64,000 nt of DNA, from positions 451,826-515,825 of the forward strand of contig NW_013657672.1 in NCBI RefSeq assembly GCF_000142905.1, in the 5' to 3' direction. The position numbers and the translations under genes are program-made. The notes under the pieces were generated by a model. That model saw only the letters and a program-made list of their open reading frames with translations, did not search any database and was not told the DNA's origin. Of the stretch, positions 1-9,206 are shown one piece after another (position 1 is the stretch's first letter; every line of letters starts with the position of its first letter). This stretch comes from Thecamonas trahens ATCC 50062 (taxonomy: Eukaryota; Protista; Apusomonadida).

Positions 1-3000
1 TCAGACGCCGACGTCGAGTGGTCGCGACAGACGCTGTTCTGGTTTGGCGCACATGGCGGAAACGTGAAGCGTCCATCAGAGACAACAGAGAAGAAGCGCA
101 CCCTGTATGCAGCGTCGGGCCGCACGCTCCTAGTTTACTGTGCTGCTGCTGATGCGAGCGCGTCTGCTGTAGTGCACGGCGAGCCGTGGCTGACCGTTGA
201 CGATGGAAGCGAGGCCGACGAGTTGCATGCCAGCGCCGCAGGCGTGATCGACCTGGGCTCGGCAGCCACAGACTCGGATTCTGATGTCGAGGACCAAGCT
301 GCAGCCGGCGACGGGGACGGCGACGGGGACGGCAAGGCCGAGGACGAGGACGAGGTCGAGGTCGAGGATGAAGATGAGATTGAGGCCGTCACGCCGACGC
401 TTCTCACTTCAGAGCTCCGTGACCACCTGCGTAGTCACGAAGACATGTACTTTGGTGTCCACGAGGTGGAAGAAGGCGTGTCGCGGCCACGGTTCCCGTA
501 CCCGCAGCATGTTTACTCGGTGTTTGCGCCTGTGGAGATCGAGAACTTGTGTGCGAGCGGCCTGAGCTACGAACTTGTGGCCCTCGAGTCGATGTCGGTG
601 CACAGAGGCGAGGTGGGCAAGGGCGAGGTGAGGCAGGTTCTCACGGTCCATCCGGAGCTCTCTGTGGTGCTCCGCGTCAAGCTGCCTGGCTTTGGGTGGT
701 CGGCCGAAGCGGTGCTGTTTGCAGGAGCAAAGGGCGAGCGCAAGGTACAGCTGCCGGGATCCAACAAGCGAGTCAAGATCAAGGAAGCCGACAATGTGGA
801 GCTCGTGGACGAGAGCGGGCGGCGGCTGGTGCTCAACATTATGCGGACTGTGGCAGGCGAGGCAGGTGCGGCGCCGCTGCACGTCACCATCTATGCGCCC
901 TTCTGGGTGGTGAACGCGACAGGCCAGCCGCTAGTCGTGGCACAAAAGCATGGATACAAAAAGTACTACGAGGCTGCCGGACTGCCTGGGACCGGACTGG
1001 CGCCGGATCCGAGAGCGCCTTTCATGTTCTCATACGTCAGGCTTGGCAAGTCGCTGCTGAAGAACCAGATGGCGGTTGCGGTGGGTGCGTCCAAGTTCTC
1101 CAAGGCCTTTGGAGTCTCGAGCGCCGGCTCGGTGTCTGCGGTCAAGATTGAGCGTGGGGCGCGGGACGACGACGACGACGAGAGCGCGGCCAACGACCCG
1201 AACGCTATCACGATTGTCAACGATGACGGTGAGGCCGTTGACGTTGTCCGCGACGTGGCGGAGCCGTTTTACGAGTTTGGCGTCCGGGTTGATCTCGGGA
1301 CAGATCGGTTCCGCGTGGTCAAGATTGTGACGCTCACGCCGCGGTTCATGCTTGTGTCGCGGCTGCCGGACGGGATGGTGGTCGAGGTGCGGCAGGTCGG
1401 AAGCGAAGACTGCGGCGAAGTGCCTCTGGCGCTGCAGGCCGGTGCAAGCGCCGCGTGGCACTTTCCGCGCCACGACGCGCCGGACAAGATCCAACTGCGC
1501 TTTGCAGATGGAAGCGGTCCGGCGGCGGCCAACGGCGAGGCCGGAGACTGGGGCTGGTCGGGCGGATTTGACATCGACAACCTTGGCCTGGTTAACGTCA
1601 AGGTGGTCGAGGCAAGCTCAGGCAAGGTGTACATTTTTGCAGTGGAGATCCGCGTGGAGGGATCTGTGCTTGGAGTAACCATTGCGCCGGACGCGGGCGT
1701 GCCGCAGTTTTCGATTCGCAACGAGTCGGGCGAGGCGCTGGCGTTTTTCCAGGCCGATCTACGCGACCACCTCCAGGTGTTGTATCCTGGTGGGCGATGC
1801 GGGTACGCGTGGGACGACCTGTCGGCCAAGAAGCGGTTGACGGTCATGTTCCGTGGCGGGTCGAAGGACTCGGGAGGAGCCACGCGCAAGTACAAGCTGA
1901 CGGCGCTCAAGACGTTCAAAAAAATCGAGCTGCGTGGCGGCATCCATGGCCCGCCGCGGGTCGTCGATGTGGAGCTCACGGCCGAGGGTCCGACCAAAGT
2001 GCTGGTATTCAAGGCGCAGCGACGAGGGAGCGAGTCCCGGGGTGGGGAGAGCGGAGACGAGGCCGCAGTGGTCAAGCAGGAGCGTGCGGACCTCGGGCTG
2101 CGCGTGGAGCTTCCGGGTGTCGGGCTCTCGCTCATTGATGAGCGAGCGCCGCGAGAGCTTGTGTTTGCCGCGCTGGTGGGGATCCGGGTCGAGGTCGAAG
2201 ACTCGAGCACGTCGCAGACGTTCAAACTCGACGTGGCCAAGGTGCAGGTGGACAACGCACTGCCGACGGCGCAGTACGGGGTGCTACTTGGGCCCAAGGC
2301 GTCCAAGCTAGAGGACCGGTCGCATGTGGCGATCGACTTTTGGAAGTCGAAGACGAACCCGTCGCTTGAGCACTACAAGTTCCTCAACGTGCTCGTGCAG
2401 GAGATGGTGCTGTGTGTGGAGGAGAATTTGCTCATCCAGCTGCTGGACTTTGTGTTTTCGCTGCCGCAGGAGCAGGTTGCCGCGCTGACGCGGAGCTCGT
2501 CTGCCGTGAGCGGGCTGCCAGTTCTTGTGCTTCCCGGCGAGAGTAGTGGCGAGGGTGAGAGGCCGAGCGAGGCCGACGCGGTTGTTGTCTCGAAGCAAAT
2601 GTACTTTGAGATGCTCTCGCTCAACTCGATCAAGGTCAACGTGACGTTCCTGACGTCGATCGAGGTAGACGCAGTGGACAAGGACTCGCCGCTGCGCGGG
2701 TTCCTCAAGGCGATCGGGGTGGCCGTGGTCAACATCGACAACGCGCCGCTGCGGCTCAACACGCTGGTGCTCGAGCATCCGTTTGCGACGCAAGCGGAGC
2801 TGACGGACCGAATTGCGCGGCACTACGTGCTGCAGGGGCTGGAGGAGTCGTACAAGATCCTGGGATCGTTTGACTTTCTGGGCAATCCTGTGGGACTGTT
2901 CAACAACCTCTCCGAGGGCCTGCTCGACTTTTTCGTGCTCCCTGCCAAGGGCTTCCGAAAGTCACCCAAGGCGTTTGCCAAGGGTGTGGGCAAAGGCACG

Positions 3001-3852
3001 TCATCTCTGGTCAAGAACTCTGTGTATGGGGTGTTTAACACAGCCACCAAGATTTCGGGCACTGTAGGCAAGGGCCTCGGCAAGCTCTCGTTTGACGACG
3101 ACTACAAGCGCGATCGTGCGGCCAAGGCGCGGCAGCGGCCGCGCCACGCCGGCGAGGGCCTGCTGTTCGGCATGCGCGACTTGGGCAAGGGCGTGTTTGA
3201 CGGTGTGACGGGCCTGTTTCTGCAGCCGATCAAGGGCGCGCGCGAGGGCGGAGCCAAGGGTCTGCTTAAGGGTATCGGCAAGGGCGTAGTGGGTCTCGTG
3301 GTCAAGCCTGTGGCTGGCGCGGTGGACCTCGCGACGCAGACAACCGAGGGCATCCGCAACACGACGACATTCTTTGAGAAGGACGAGGAGCGGCTGCGGC
3401 CGCCGCGGGTGCTCAACCTCGTGCGGCGGCGGCTAGCGGTGTACGACGAGGCGTCGGCATGGGCGCAGGAGCTCATCTTCTCGGTCAAGAAGCGCAAGTA
3501 CGCCAACGCCGAGGCGTACCTGTGGCACACGCCCCTCGTCGACTCGAGCGGCAAGGCCAAGGACTGGGTCCTGCTTGTCGGGCTCAACCACGTGTTCAAG
3601 GCGCGGTACTCTACGTCGAAGACGATCAACCGCGGCGGGACCAAGGTCGAGTGGTACGCAGCGTGGGACGAGGTGGAGGATGTGGCGTGGGACGGGGCGC
3701 GCGAGATTGCGTTCACCATCCGCCCGCGGCTGGCGCAGGGCGTCAAAGCCAAGAAGACCAAAAAGTGCGTGGCGGTAATGGCCGACGGCGACGCCGCAGC
3801 CCGCAAGGTCTTTGCCATTGTGGGCAAGGTCCGGCGGGATGCTGGGCTGTAA
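1..3852 (+). CDS. VPS13: VPS13-family lipid transfer protein, C-terminal portion (5' end outside window)
   Basis: Frame is open from base 1. VAB/SHR-BD-like repeats (IYAPFWVVNATG, YAWDD), then VQVDNAL...EMVLCVEE, NIDNAPLRL, ILGSFDFLGNPVGLF, Gly-rich ATG2_C helices (KGVGKGTSSL, QPIKGAREGG) and RLRPPR. Stop TAA at 3850-3852. Confidence 0.93.
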   Translation, partial: SDADVEWSRQTLFWFGAHGGNVKRPSETTEKKRTLYAASGRTLLVYCAAADASASAVVHGEPWLTVDDGSEADELHASAAGVIDLGSAATDSDSDVEDQAAAGDGDGDGDGKAEDEDEVEVEDEDEIEAVTPTLLTSELRDHLRSHEDMYFGVHEVEEGVSRPRFPYPQHVYSVFAPVEIENLCASGLSYELVALESMSVHRGEVGKGEVRQVLTVHPELSVVLRVKLPGFGWSAEAVLFAGAKGERKVQLPGSNKRVKIKEADNVELVDESGRRLVLNIMRTVAGEAGAAPLHVTIYAPFWVVNATGQPLVVAQKHGYKKYYEAAGLPGTGLAPDPRAPFMFSYVRLGKSLLKNQMAVAVGASKFSKAFGVSSAGSVSAVKIERGARDDDDDESAANDPNAITIVNDDGEAVDVVRDVAEPFYEFGVRVDLGTDRFRVVKIVTLTPRFMLVSRLPDGMVVEVRQVGSEDCGEVPLALQAGASAAWHFPRHDAPDKIQLRFADGSGPAAANGEAGDWGWSGGFDIDNLGLVNVKVVEASSGKVYIFAVEIRVEGSVLGVTIAPDAGVPQFSIRNESGEALAFFQADLRDHLQVLYPGGRCGYAWDDLSAKKRLTVMFRGGSKDSGGATRKYKLTALKTFKKIELRGGIHGPPRVVDVELTAEGPTKVLVFKAQRRGSESRGGESGDEAAVVKQERADLGLRVELPGVGLSLIDERAPRELVFAALVGIRVEVEDSSTSQTFKLDVAKVQVDNALPTAQYGVLLGPKASKLEDRSHVAIDFWKSKTNPSLEHYKFLNVLVQEMVLCVEENLLIQLLDFVFSLPQEQVAALTRSSSAVSGLPVLVLPGESSGEGERPSEADAVVVSKQMYFEMLSLNSIKVNVTFLTSIEVDAVDKDSPLRGFLKAIGVAVVNIDNAPLRLNTLVLEHPFATQAELTDRIARHYVLQGLEESYKILGSFDFLGNPVGLFNNLSEGLLDFFVLPAKGFRKSPKAFAKGVGKGTSSLVKNSVYGVFNTATKISGTVGKGLGKLSFDDDYKRDRAAKARQRPRHAGEGLLFGMRDLGKGVFDGVTGLFLQPIKGAREGGAKGLLKGIGKGVVGLVVKPVAGAVDLATQTTEGIRNTTTFFEKDEERLRPPRVLNLVRRRLAVYDEASAWAQELIFSVKKRKYANAEAYLWHTPLVDSSGKAKDWVLLVGLNHVFKARYSTSKTINRGGTKVEWYAAWDEVEDVAWDGAREIAFTIRPRLAQGVKAKKTKKCVAVMADGDAAARKVFAIVGKVRRDAGL

Positions 3853-3856
3853 AGAA

Positions 3857-4432
3857 CTAGCTCATCCACGGCTGTGCCGGAGAGTACATACCGTGCAAGA
3901 TGACCGCGAGCGCCTCGGAGATGACGTCGCGATCAAGCGAAGCAGCAATGTCGGCGACAGCCTCGTTGATAACGACAACCTCATCACCGAGGGCGGCGGC
4001 CCAGGCTGCGGCCTGGACCGGCGCCGCCTCTGGATGCGAGCCGTCCGCGACGGCCAGCTCGAGCGCATCAGCGACGGCGAGATTGGCACGGGCGACGAGG
4101 CGGGTGAGCGTCTCGATGCTCTGCTCGCAGCGGTGGAGAGCAGCGGCGGCAGCCCGCTCGAGGCGGGCGGCGGCAAGCGCAGGACTGCGGCCGGCCGAGT
4201 CGCCATCAGCGGCGGCATCGGCCTGTGGCTCTGTCGGCTCCTCTGTATCGGCGGCGGCGGTGGCGACGGGCGGCGGCGCCTCGCCTCTGTCGACATACTC
4301 GTGGCCCAAGCGGGCGTTTGCCACCAGAGTGGCCTTGTCCACGAGCACCTCTGTGGCAGCGGCCCAGTCTGCGGCAATGCTCCTCAGCTCGCCCTCTGTT
4401 GACGACGGTAGGAGCGAGAGCGGCTCATCCAT
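3857..4432 (-). CDS. 191-aa helical protein, weakly CINP-like
   Basis: ATG at 4432 (MDEPLSLL...), GC3-rich codon usage, stop 4 bp from the VPS13 stop. LRSIAADW near the N-terminus and terminal QPW resemble CINP motifs; the name is tentative. Confidence 0.6.
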   Translation of the reverse strand: MDEPLSLLPSSTEGELRSIAADWAAATEVLVDKATLVANARLGHEYVDRGEAPPPVATAAADTEEPTEPQADAAADGDSAGRSPALAAARLERAAAAALHRCEQSIETLTRLVARANLAVADALELAVADGSHPEAAPVQAAAWAAALGDEVVVINEAVADIAASLDRDVISEALAVILHGMYSPAQPWMS

Positions 4433-5783
4433 GGTGGCGGGCAAGAGCGGTGCCACCCACCACTTGTCCACTACTCGCCCACCACCCGCTCGCTCGCCCA
4501 CCCGCCCGCCAGAGCGCACTGCCGCTGCCGCCCGAGCCGCCGCCAAGGCCGACGCCGCCGCAGACGCCGCCGCTCGCCGCCGCTTCATCGAAGACCAGCG
4601 CCGCCTTGAGGAGGCAGCTGTCGCCGCCGCTGCGGACGAGGCTGCCCAGCGCCACGCCCGGAAGAGGTTGCGGATGGAGCTGATGCGCCGCAGGCGCGCA
4701 GAGGCCGACGCCGCGTTGGCGGCAGACGCGCGGCGCCGTCTTGCCGCCGCTAAGGCCGACGCCGCCGCCGCCGCGCACGATGAGCGCATGGGAATGCTCG
4801 CCGCAGAGGACGCCGCCCGCAAGCGCGCCCTCGCCCGTCAGCTCGCCTCCAAACACCGCGCGGCCGAGACCAAGGTCGAGGCCGCGGAGCGCCGCAAGCG
4901 CGAAGTTGCCCAGCGCCGCAAGCGTGTCCAGGCCGCCAAGCGTCGCGCCGCCGCCCTCCATCGCGCAAATAAGGAGGCCCGCGCCGCAGAAAAGGCCGCA
5001 GACCTCAAACGCATGGAGGCCATCCGCGACCGCACCGTCGAGCGCCGCAAGCTCGAAAAGGCCACCCGCATCGCCGCACGCGCCCGTGCCGAAAACGCCC
5101 GCATTGCCGCCGCTCTCGCCCACAAGGCCGACGAGGAGGCTGTTGCCGTCCGCAGGCTCGTCGAGCTTGAAGCCGCCGAGGCCGAGCGCCGCGCCGCATA
5201 CCAGGAACTCGTCGACCACCGCAACACCCTCCTCGCCCTCCGCAAGTCGTACTCGGACGCCAAGCACGACGCCGCCGCCGTCCGCCGCACAAAGGCCGAA
5301 CTCGAGGCCGTCGAGGCCGCCCAGCGCGAGTGGCGCGCAAAGGAGCGCCGCATCCAAAAGGTCCAAAACGCCCGCGAGCTCCGCTCGCTCCAGTCGCAAC
5401 ACATAGCCATGGTCGACGCCGAATTCCGTCTCGAGCGCGACTGGATTCGCGACCGCCTCGCCCAGGGCGTCTCTGTCGACGACCTCCTGGCCGAGATCGA
5501 CGCCCTCGGCCAACGCGCCGGCCACCGCCTCGCCGCCACCCACGACGCACTCCTCGCCCCGCACTCTCCTGATGGTGCAGCACCTCTGCCCGATCGTCCC
5601 CTCCCGCCCCCGGCCTTTCTCCACGACCCAGACCCGCAGCAGCTTCCGCGCCCGCCGCCGCCCGCCGCCCGCCACAATCCCACTCCGCGCGCCGCCCGCC
5701 TTGCGTCGTCGCTCGACGCGCGCCTCCCGCCCGACAACAAGCATGCCAGTCGCCGCCCCCGCCGCGAGGAGCGCGAGTATTAG
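4431..5783 (+). CDS. Long Ala/Arg/Glu/Lys coiled-coil protein with Pro-rich tail, unknown function
   Basis: Continuous heptad-like charged helix from about 4500 to 5500. The nearest in-frame ATG is 4431; the ORF-track start at 3900 is a shadow of the minus-strand gene. Confidence 0.7.
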   Translation: MVAGKSGATHHLSTTRPPPARSPTRPPERTAAAARAAAKADAAADAAARRRFIEDQRRLEEAAVAAAADEAAQRHARKRLRMELMRRRRAEADAALAADARRRLAAAKADAAAAAHDERMGMLAAEDAARKRALARQLASKHRAAETKVEAAERRKREVAQRRKRVQAAKRRAAALHRANKEARAAEKAADLKRMEAIRDRTVERRKLEKATRIAARARAENARIAAALAHKADEEAVAVRRLVELEAAEAERRAAYQELVDHRNTLLALRKSYSDAKHDAAAVRRTKAELEAVEAAQREWRAKERRIQKVQNARELRSLQSQHIAMVDAEFRLERDWIRDRLAQGVSVDDLLAEIDALGQRAGHRLAATHDALLAPHSPDGAAPLPDRPLPPPAFLHDPDPQQLPRPPPPAARHNPTPRAARLASSLDARLPPDNKHASRRPRREEREY

Positions 5784-5834
5784 CGCACCTGAGTGTGTGT
5801 ATGTGTGTTACGAGGCCACCACCAGCCACCATGG

Positions 5835-8800
5835 TCACCCGCGCTGCTTGAGCGTGATCTTGTCGCCGAGCGAGAGAGCAATGCCCTGCGTCTCGGAGCG
5901 GATGCGGATAAAGCCGCCGATCTTGCCGTCGGCCTGGCGCTCGATGGAGACCTGGCCAAGCGCGTCTTCGCCAAAGATGGAGCGAGCGTAGAGGTTGGCG
6001 GCGAGAAAGTCGCAGTCGCCGGCGAGGGCCGACTCGGGCGTGAGGCAGCGCATGTTGGTCGACTCGGTAACGTGCTTGAGGAAGCGCGGGATCGAGGTAA
6101 ACGACGACGAGATGGCAACGCGGTTCTCCCACGCGTACTGGGCCCACATGGAGCGGAACTCGGAGAGCGAGACCGTGGCCGGCATGACATACGAGAGGAT
6201 GTCGAGCGAGATCGACTCGAGCACGACGCAGTGCTTGTCGTTAGCCGACGAGCCGGCAACGTCGTAGGTGCAGACGCCAAAGATGATGCCGGTCTCGGTC
6301 GACGAGACCTTGAGGTTGGCCCTCACCGTGCGGAAGTTGTGCGGGCCGATGGTGAGCGCCGTCGGCCGCTCCACCACCTTGAGGTCGCCAAGCGTCGAGA
6401 GCTCGAGTGTCAGGTTCTGCAGCGTGTCGGCCGTCTGGTTGACAATGAGCACCTCCATGGCAATGTCGTACTGGTGGACCGAGAGGTAAGCCTCGGCATA
6501 GACCGCGTCCGAGAACCCGGTGAGCTGGAAGACCTGGTCGAGCTGCAGCTTCGAGTCCGAGGCTGACTCGGACTTGCCGGTCGCCCGGTAGATGTCGACC
6601 GAGAGGTCGTCCTCAAAGATGACGTCGCCGGCGCCCTTGGGCCGGAGCTGCGGGATCTGGATGACGTCGTCGACGTGGACGTCAATGACCTTGCGCTCGG
6701 TCGTCGCCTCGGCAGCTGCGCTGCTCGCCTTGGTCTCCAGCAGCGCCGCAAACGTCTTGCCCGACAGCTCGAGGAAGAGCTTGCGGAGAACAGGCGAGGG
6801 GTTGGCAATGACCCGAAGGCAGAACGCGACCCGCGCATACGCATCCGGGTCGATCGACCGACCGCCGGGCAGCCCCGCGCCGGTCCGCCCCGACGCGCCC
6901 AGCCGGAGAATCGAGTTGAGAATGAGCATGATCTCCGCCGCAATGGCGTTGGCCCGCTTCGCGTCCTTGATGATGTCCAGTGCCTTGAAGACGAGCTTGG
7001 TGAGCGTGGTGGCCAGGACGGCACCCAGGAAAAGTCGCCCTTGAACAGCAGGTCGCGTAGCGGGTAAAGCGACGACGTCGCCGCCGTCGCCTCCACGTCA
7101 CCGTGCCGCGACTCCGAGTACGCCGACTGGGTCGCGTACGTGCCGTCAGCGTTGAGCCGCGGCGCGCTCGACGCCTTGGGCGGCGGTGCAGATGCCGAGC
7201 CCTCGGTGGCAGCCGCGCCCTCATCGTCCGCCTCGTCCTCGTCGTCGGTCAGGAACGGAATGTCGCCGAGCGTCGACCGGATCGACTTGAACGCCTCGGA
7301 CACGTCCTCGCCAGTCTCGGCGTACTCGCCGATGATCCACAACGCGCCGCGCATGACCTCGGACGAGTGAATCGAGCCAAACATCGCCATGAGCTTGTGA
7401 AGGACCGGCTTGCGGAGGTGCGGGTTCGTGTGGACCACCTCGCGGACAAAGACCACCACGTCTGACGCCGACGCCGACGCGTCCGACACAAAGTCCATCA
7501 GCAGGTCGACAACGTCGGCCGCCACATCCGGAAAGTTGACCGCAATTGAATGGATCGACTGGATGAGGATCCGCCGGTACTGCTCGGCCTTGGCCTCGTC
7601 CGACTCGGCCTGCGTCCGCGCCACCTCCTTCTTGAGCACCGCAATGACCTGCGAAATGTTGCGCGGCGCCACGAGGTCCATGCAAATGTCCAGCGTCTTC
7701 TTGCGGATGTCCAGGTTCGGCGAAGCCAGCGCCCGGAGAATGTCCATCAGCACATCCTGCAGCACACGCGTGTACTTGGCCTTGAGCGTCGCCAGCCGGT
7801 CGAGCACAATGAGCTTCACGTTGTTGTCGGCTTGGTTGACAATGAGGTCCACAAACGTCGTCGCCGCCGCACGCACCGCCGTCGCTGCCGAAGACAGGAG
7901 AATAAGCGTGATCGCCGCCTCGAACCGCACAGACGGCGACGTCGAGTCGAGGAGCGTGCCCACAACACGGATGTACCGCGACCGCTCCGACGGCGACGAC
8001 CGGTACACCTTGCGGATGAGCTCAATGACCCCAAGCTGCATAGAGTCGTTGAACGAGCTCACAGTCTCCAGGTGCTCCGCCAGATACTTGATCGCCCGCG
8101 CCTCGTCGCACGAGTACAGCGCCACAAACGCGTTCCGCTGCACACCCTCGTCGTTGTTGGCGGCAAGAACCTCCTCCAGCAGCTCGGCCGCGTCGGGCAC
8201 CAGATCCGCCGACGTCATGTAAATCGACATCAGCGCCATCACCGCGTTGCGCTTGACGTACGTGTGCCGGTGGGTGAGGCACGTCTTCACCGACGGCACA
8301 AGCGTCTCCAGCAGGTCCGCCTCCTTGATCCGGCACAGGAAGCGGAGCGTCGAGCCTCTCACGTACTCGTTGGGGTGGTTGAGGTCCTGCATCCACGCGT
8401 TACTATCCCCACCACGCACACAAGCTCTCCTATGAGTCCTACACCCCACCAGCCATTCTCCATCCCACTCCCTTCACCCCACCCCTCTCACGGGTCCCCC
8501 TCTCTCCTCCCGCCCCGGAACCCCCTGGCTTGCGGCCGAACCGCCGTTCGGTGGCCGAAAGCAGCAAAAAATGGAGCCACGTCGCCAGAGAGCGACAAGG
8601 CAGGGGGGGGGGCTTAGGGCGGAGTAGGCAAGGAGGCGGAGAGGGGGGGGAGGGGGAAGAGTATGTGCTTGCAAGTTGTACGTACCAGACCAGGATAAAC
8701 TCACGCTTGAGCGAACCGTCGGGCTCGTTCTTGGGAACCATCTCAAAGTAGTACAGAAGCAGCTTCTTGAGGGCCTTGTCGCGGGTGGGGAGGACGAAGC

Positions 8801-8981
8801 GAATGACCGTCATGAGCAGGTCCATCTTCTCGCCACCGGCAAGCATGCTCTCAATGAGCTCCTTCATTCCCTCGAGCTTGACAAGGTCGTCAGAGTTCTC
8901 AAGCTTCTTTCGGATCTCATTCTGTGTCGCAGGCGCTCCCCGTGCCGTGGACAGCAGCAGTGTGCATGGCACTTCAGTCAT
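5835..8981 (-). CDS. COPB1: Coatomer subunit beta (beta-COP); one intron, one apparent frameshift
   Basis: MTEVPCTLL...LLMTVIRFVLP...EFILVC|NAWMQDLNHPNEYVRGSTLRFLC; QLTGFSDAVYAEAY; IRIRSETQGIALSLGDKI. Intron 8403-8685 (GTACGT...GATAG). Adding one T at the run 7030-7033 restores GDFFLGAVLATTLTKL. Confidence 0.95.
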
Positions 8982-9206
8982 GGCCACTGCCTTGCAAGTC
9001 GAGTCTTGTCCCCGCTGGCTGGTTGACTGGCTGGCTGGCTTGGCCGCCGCCCGCCAGCCGCCGGCCAACCAGCCGCTGGATGCACAAACTGACAAACTCG
9101 TCGCATTGAAAGCAAAATACTTTCACCACTGCCTGGCCACCGCCCGCAGGAGCCTATGCCTACGGCAAGTTTCATTTTGTCACAGAAGGAGCATCTCATT
9201 GCTTTC

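Noticed and set aside
3900-4430. N-terminal 177 aa of ORF 3900..5783
   Set aside because: Ser/Ala/Arg antisense shadow of the minus-strand gene 3857-4432.
5835-8981. COPB1, PIG-Q and NUP153-like as pseudogenes
   Set aside because: Conserved essential genes with intact motifs on both sides of each break; single-base errors are more parsimonious.
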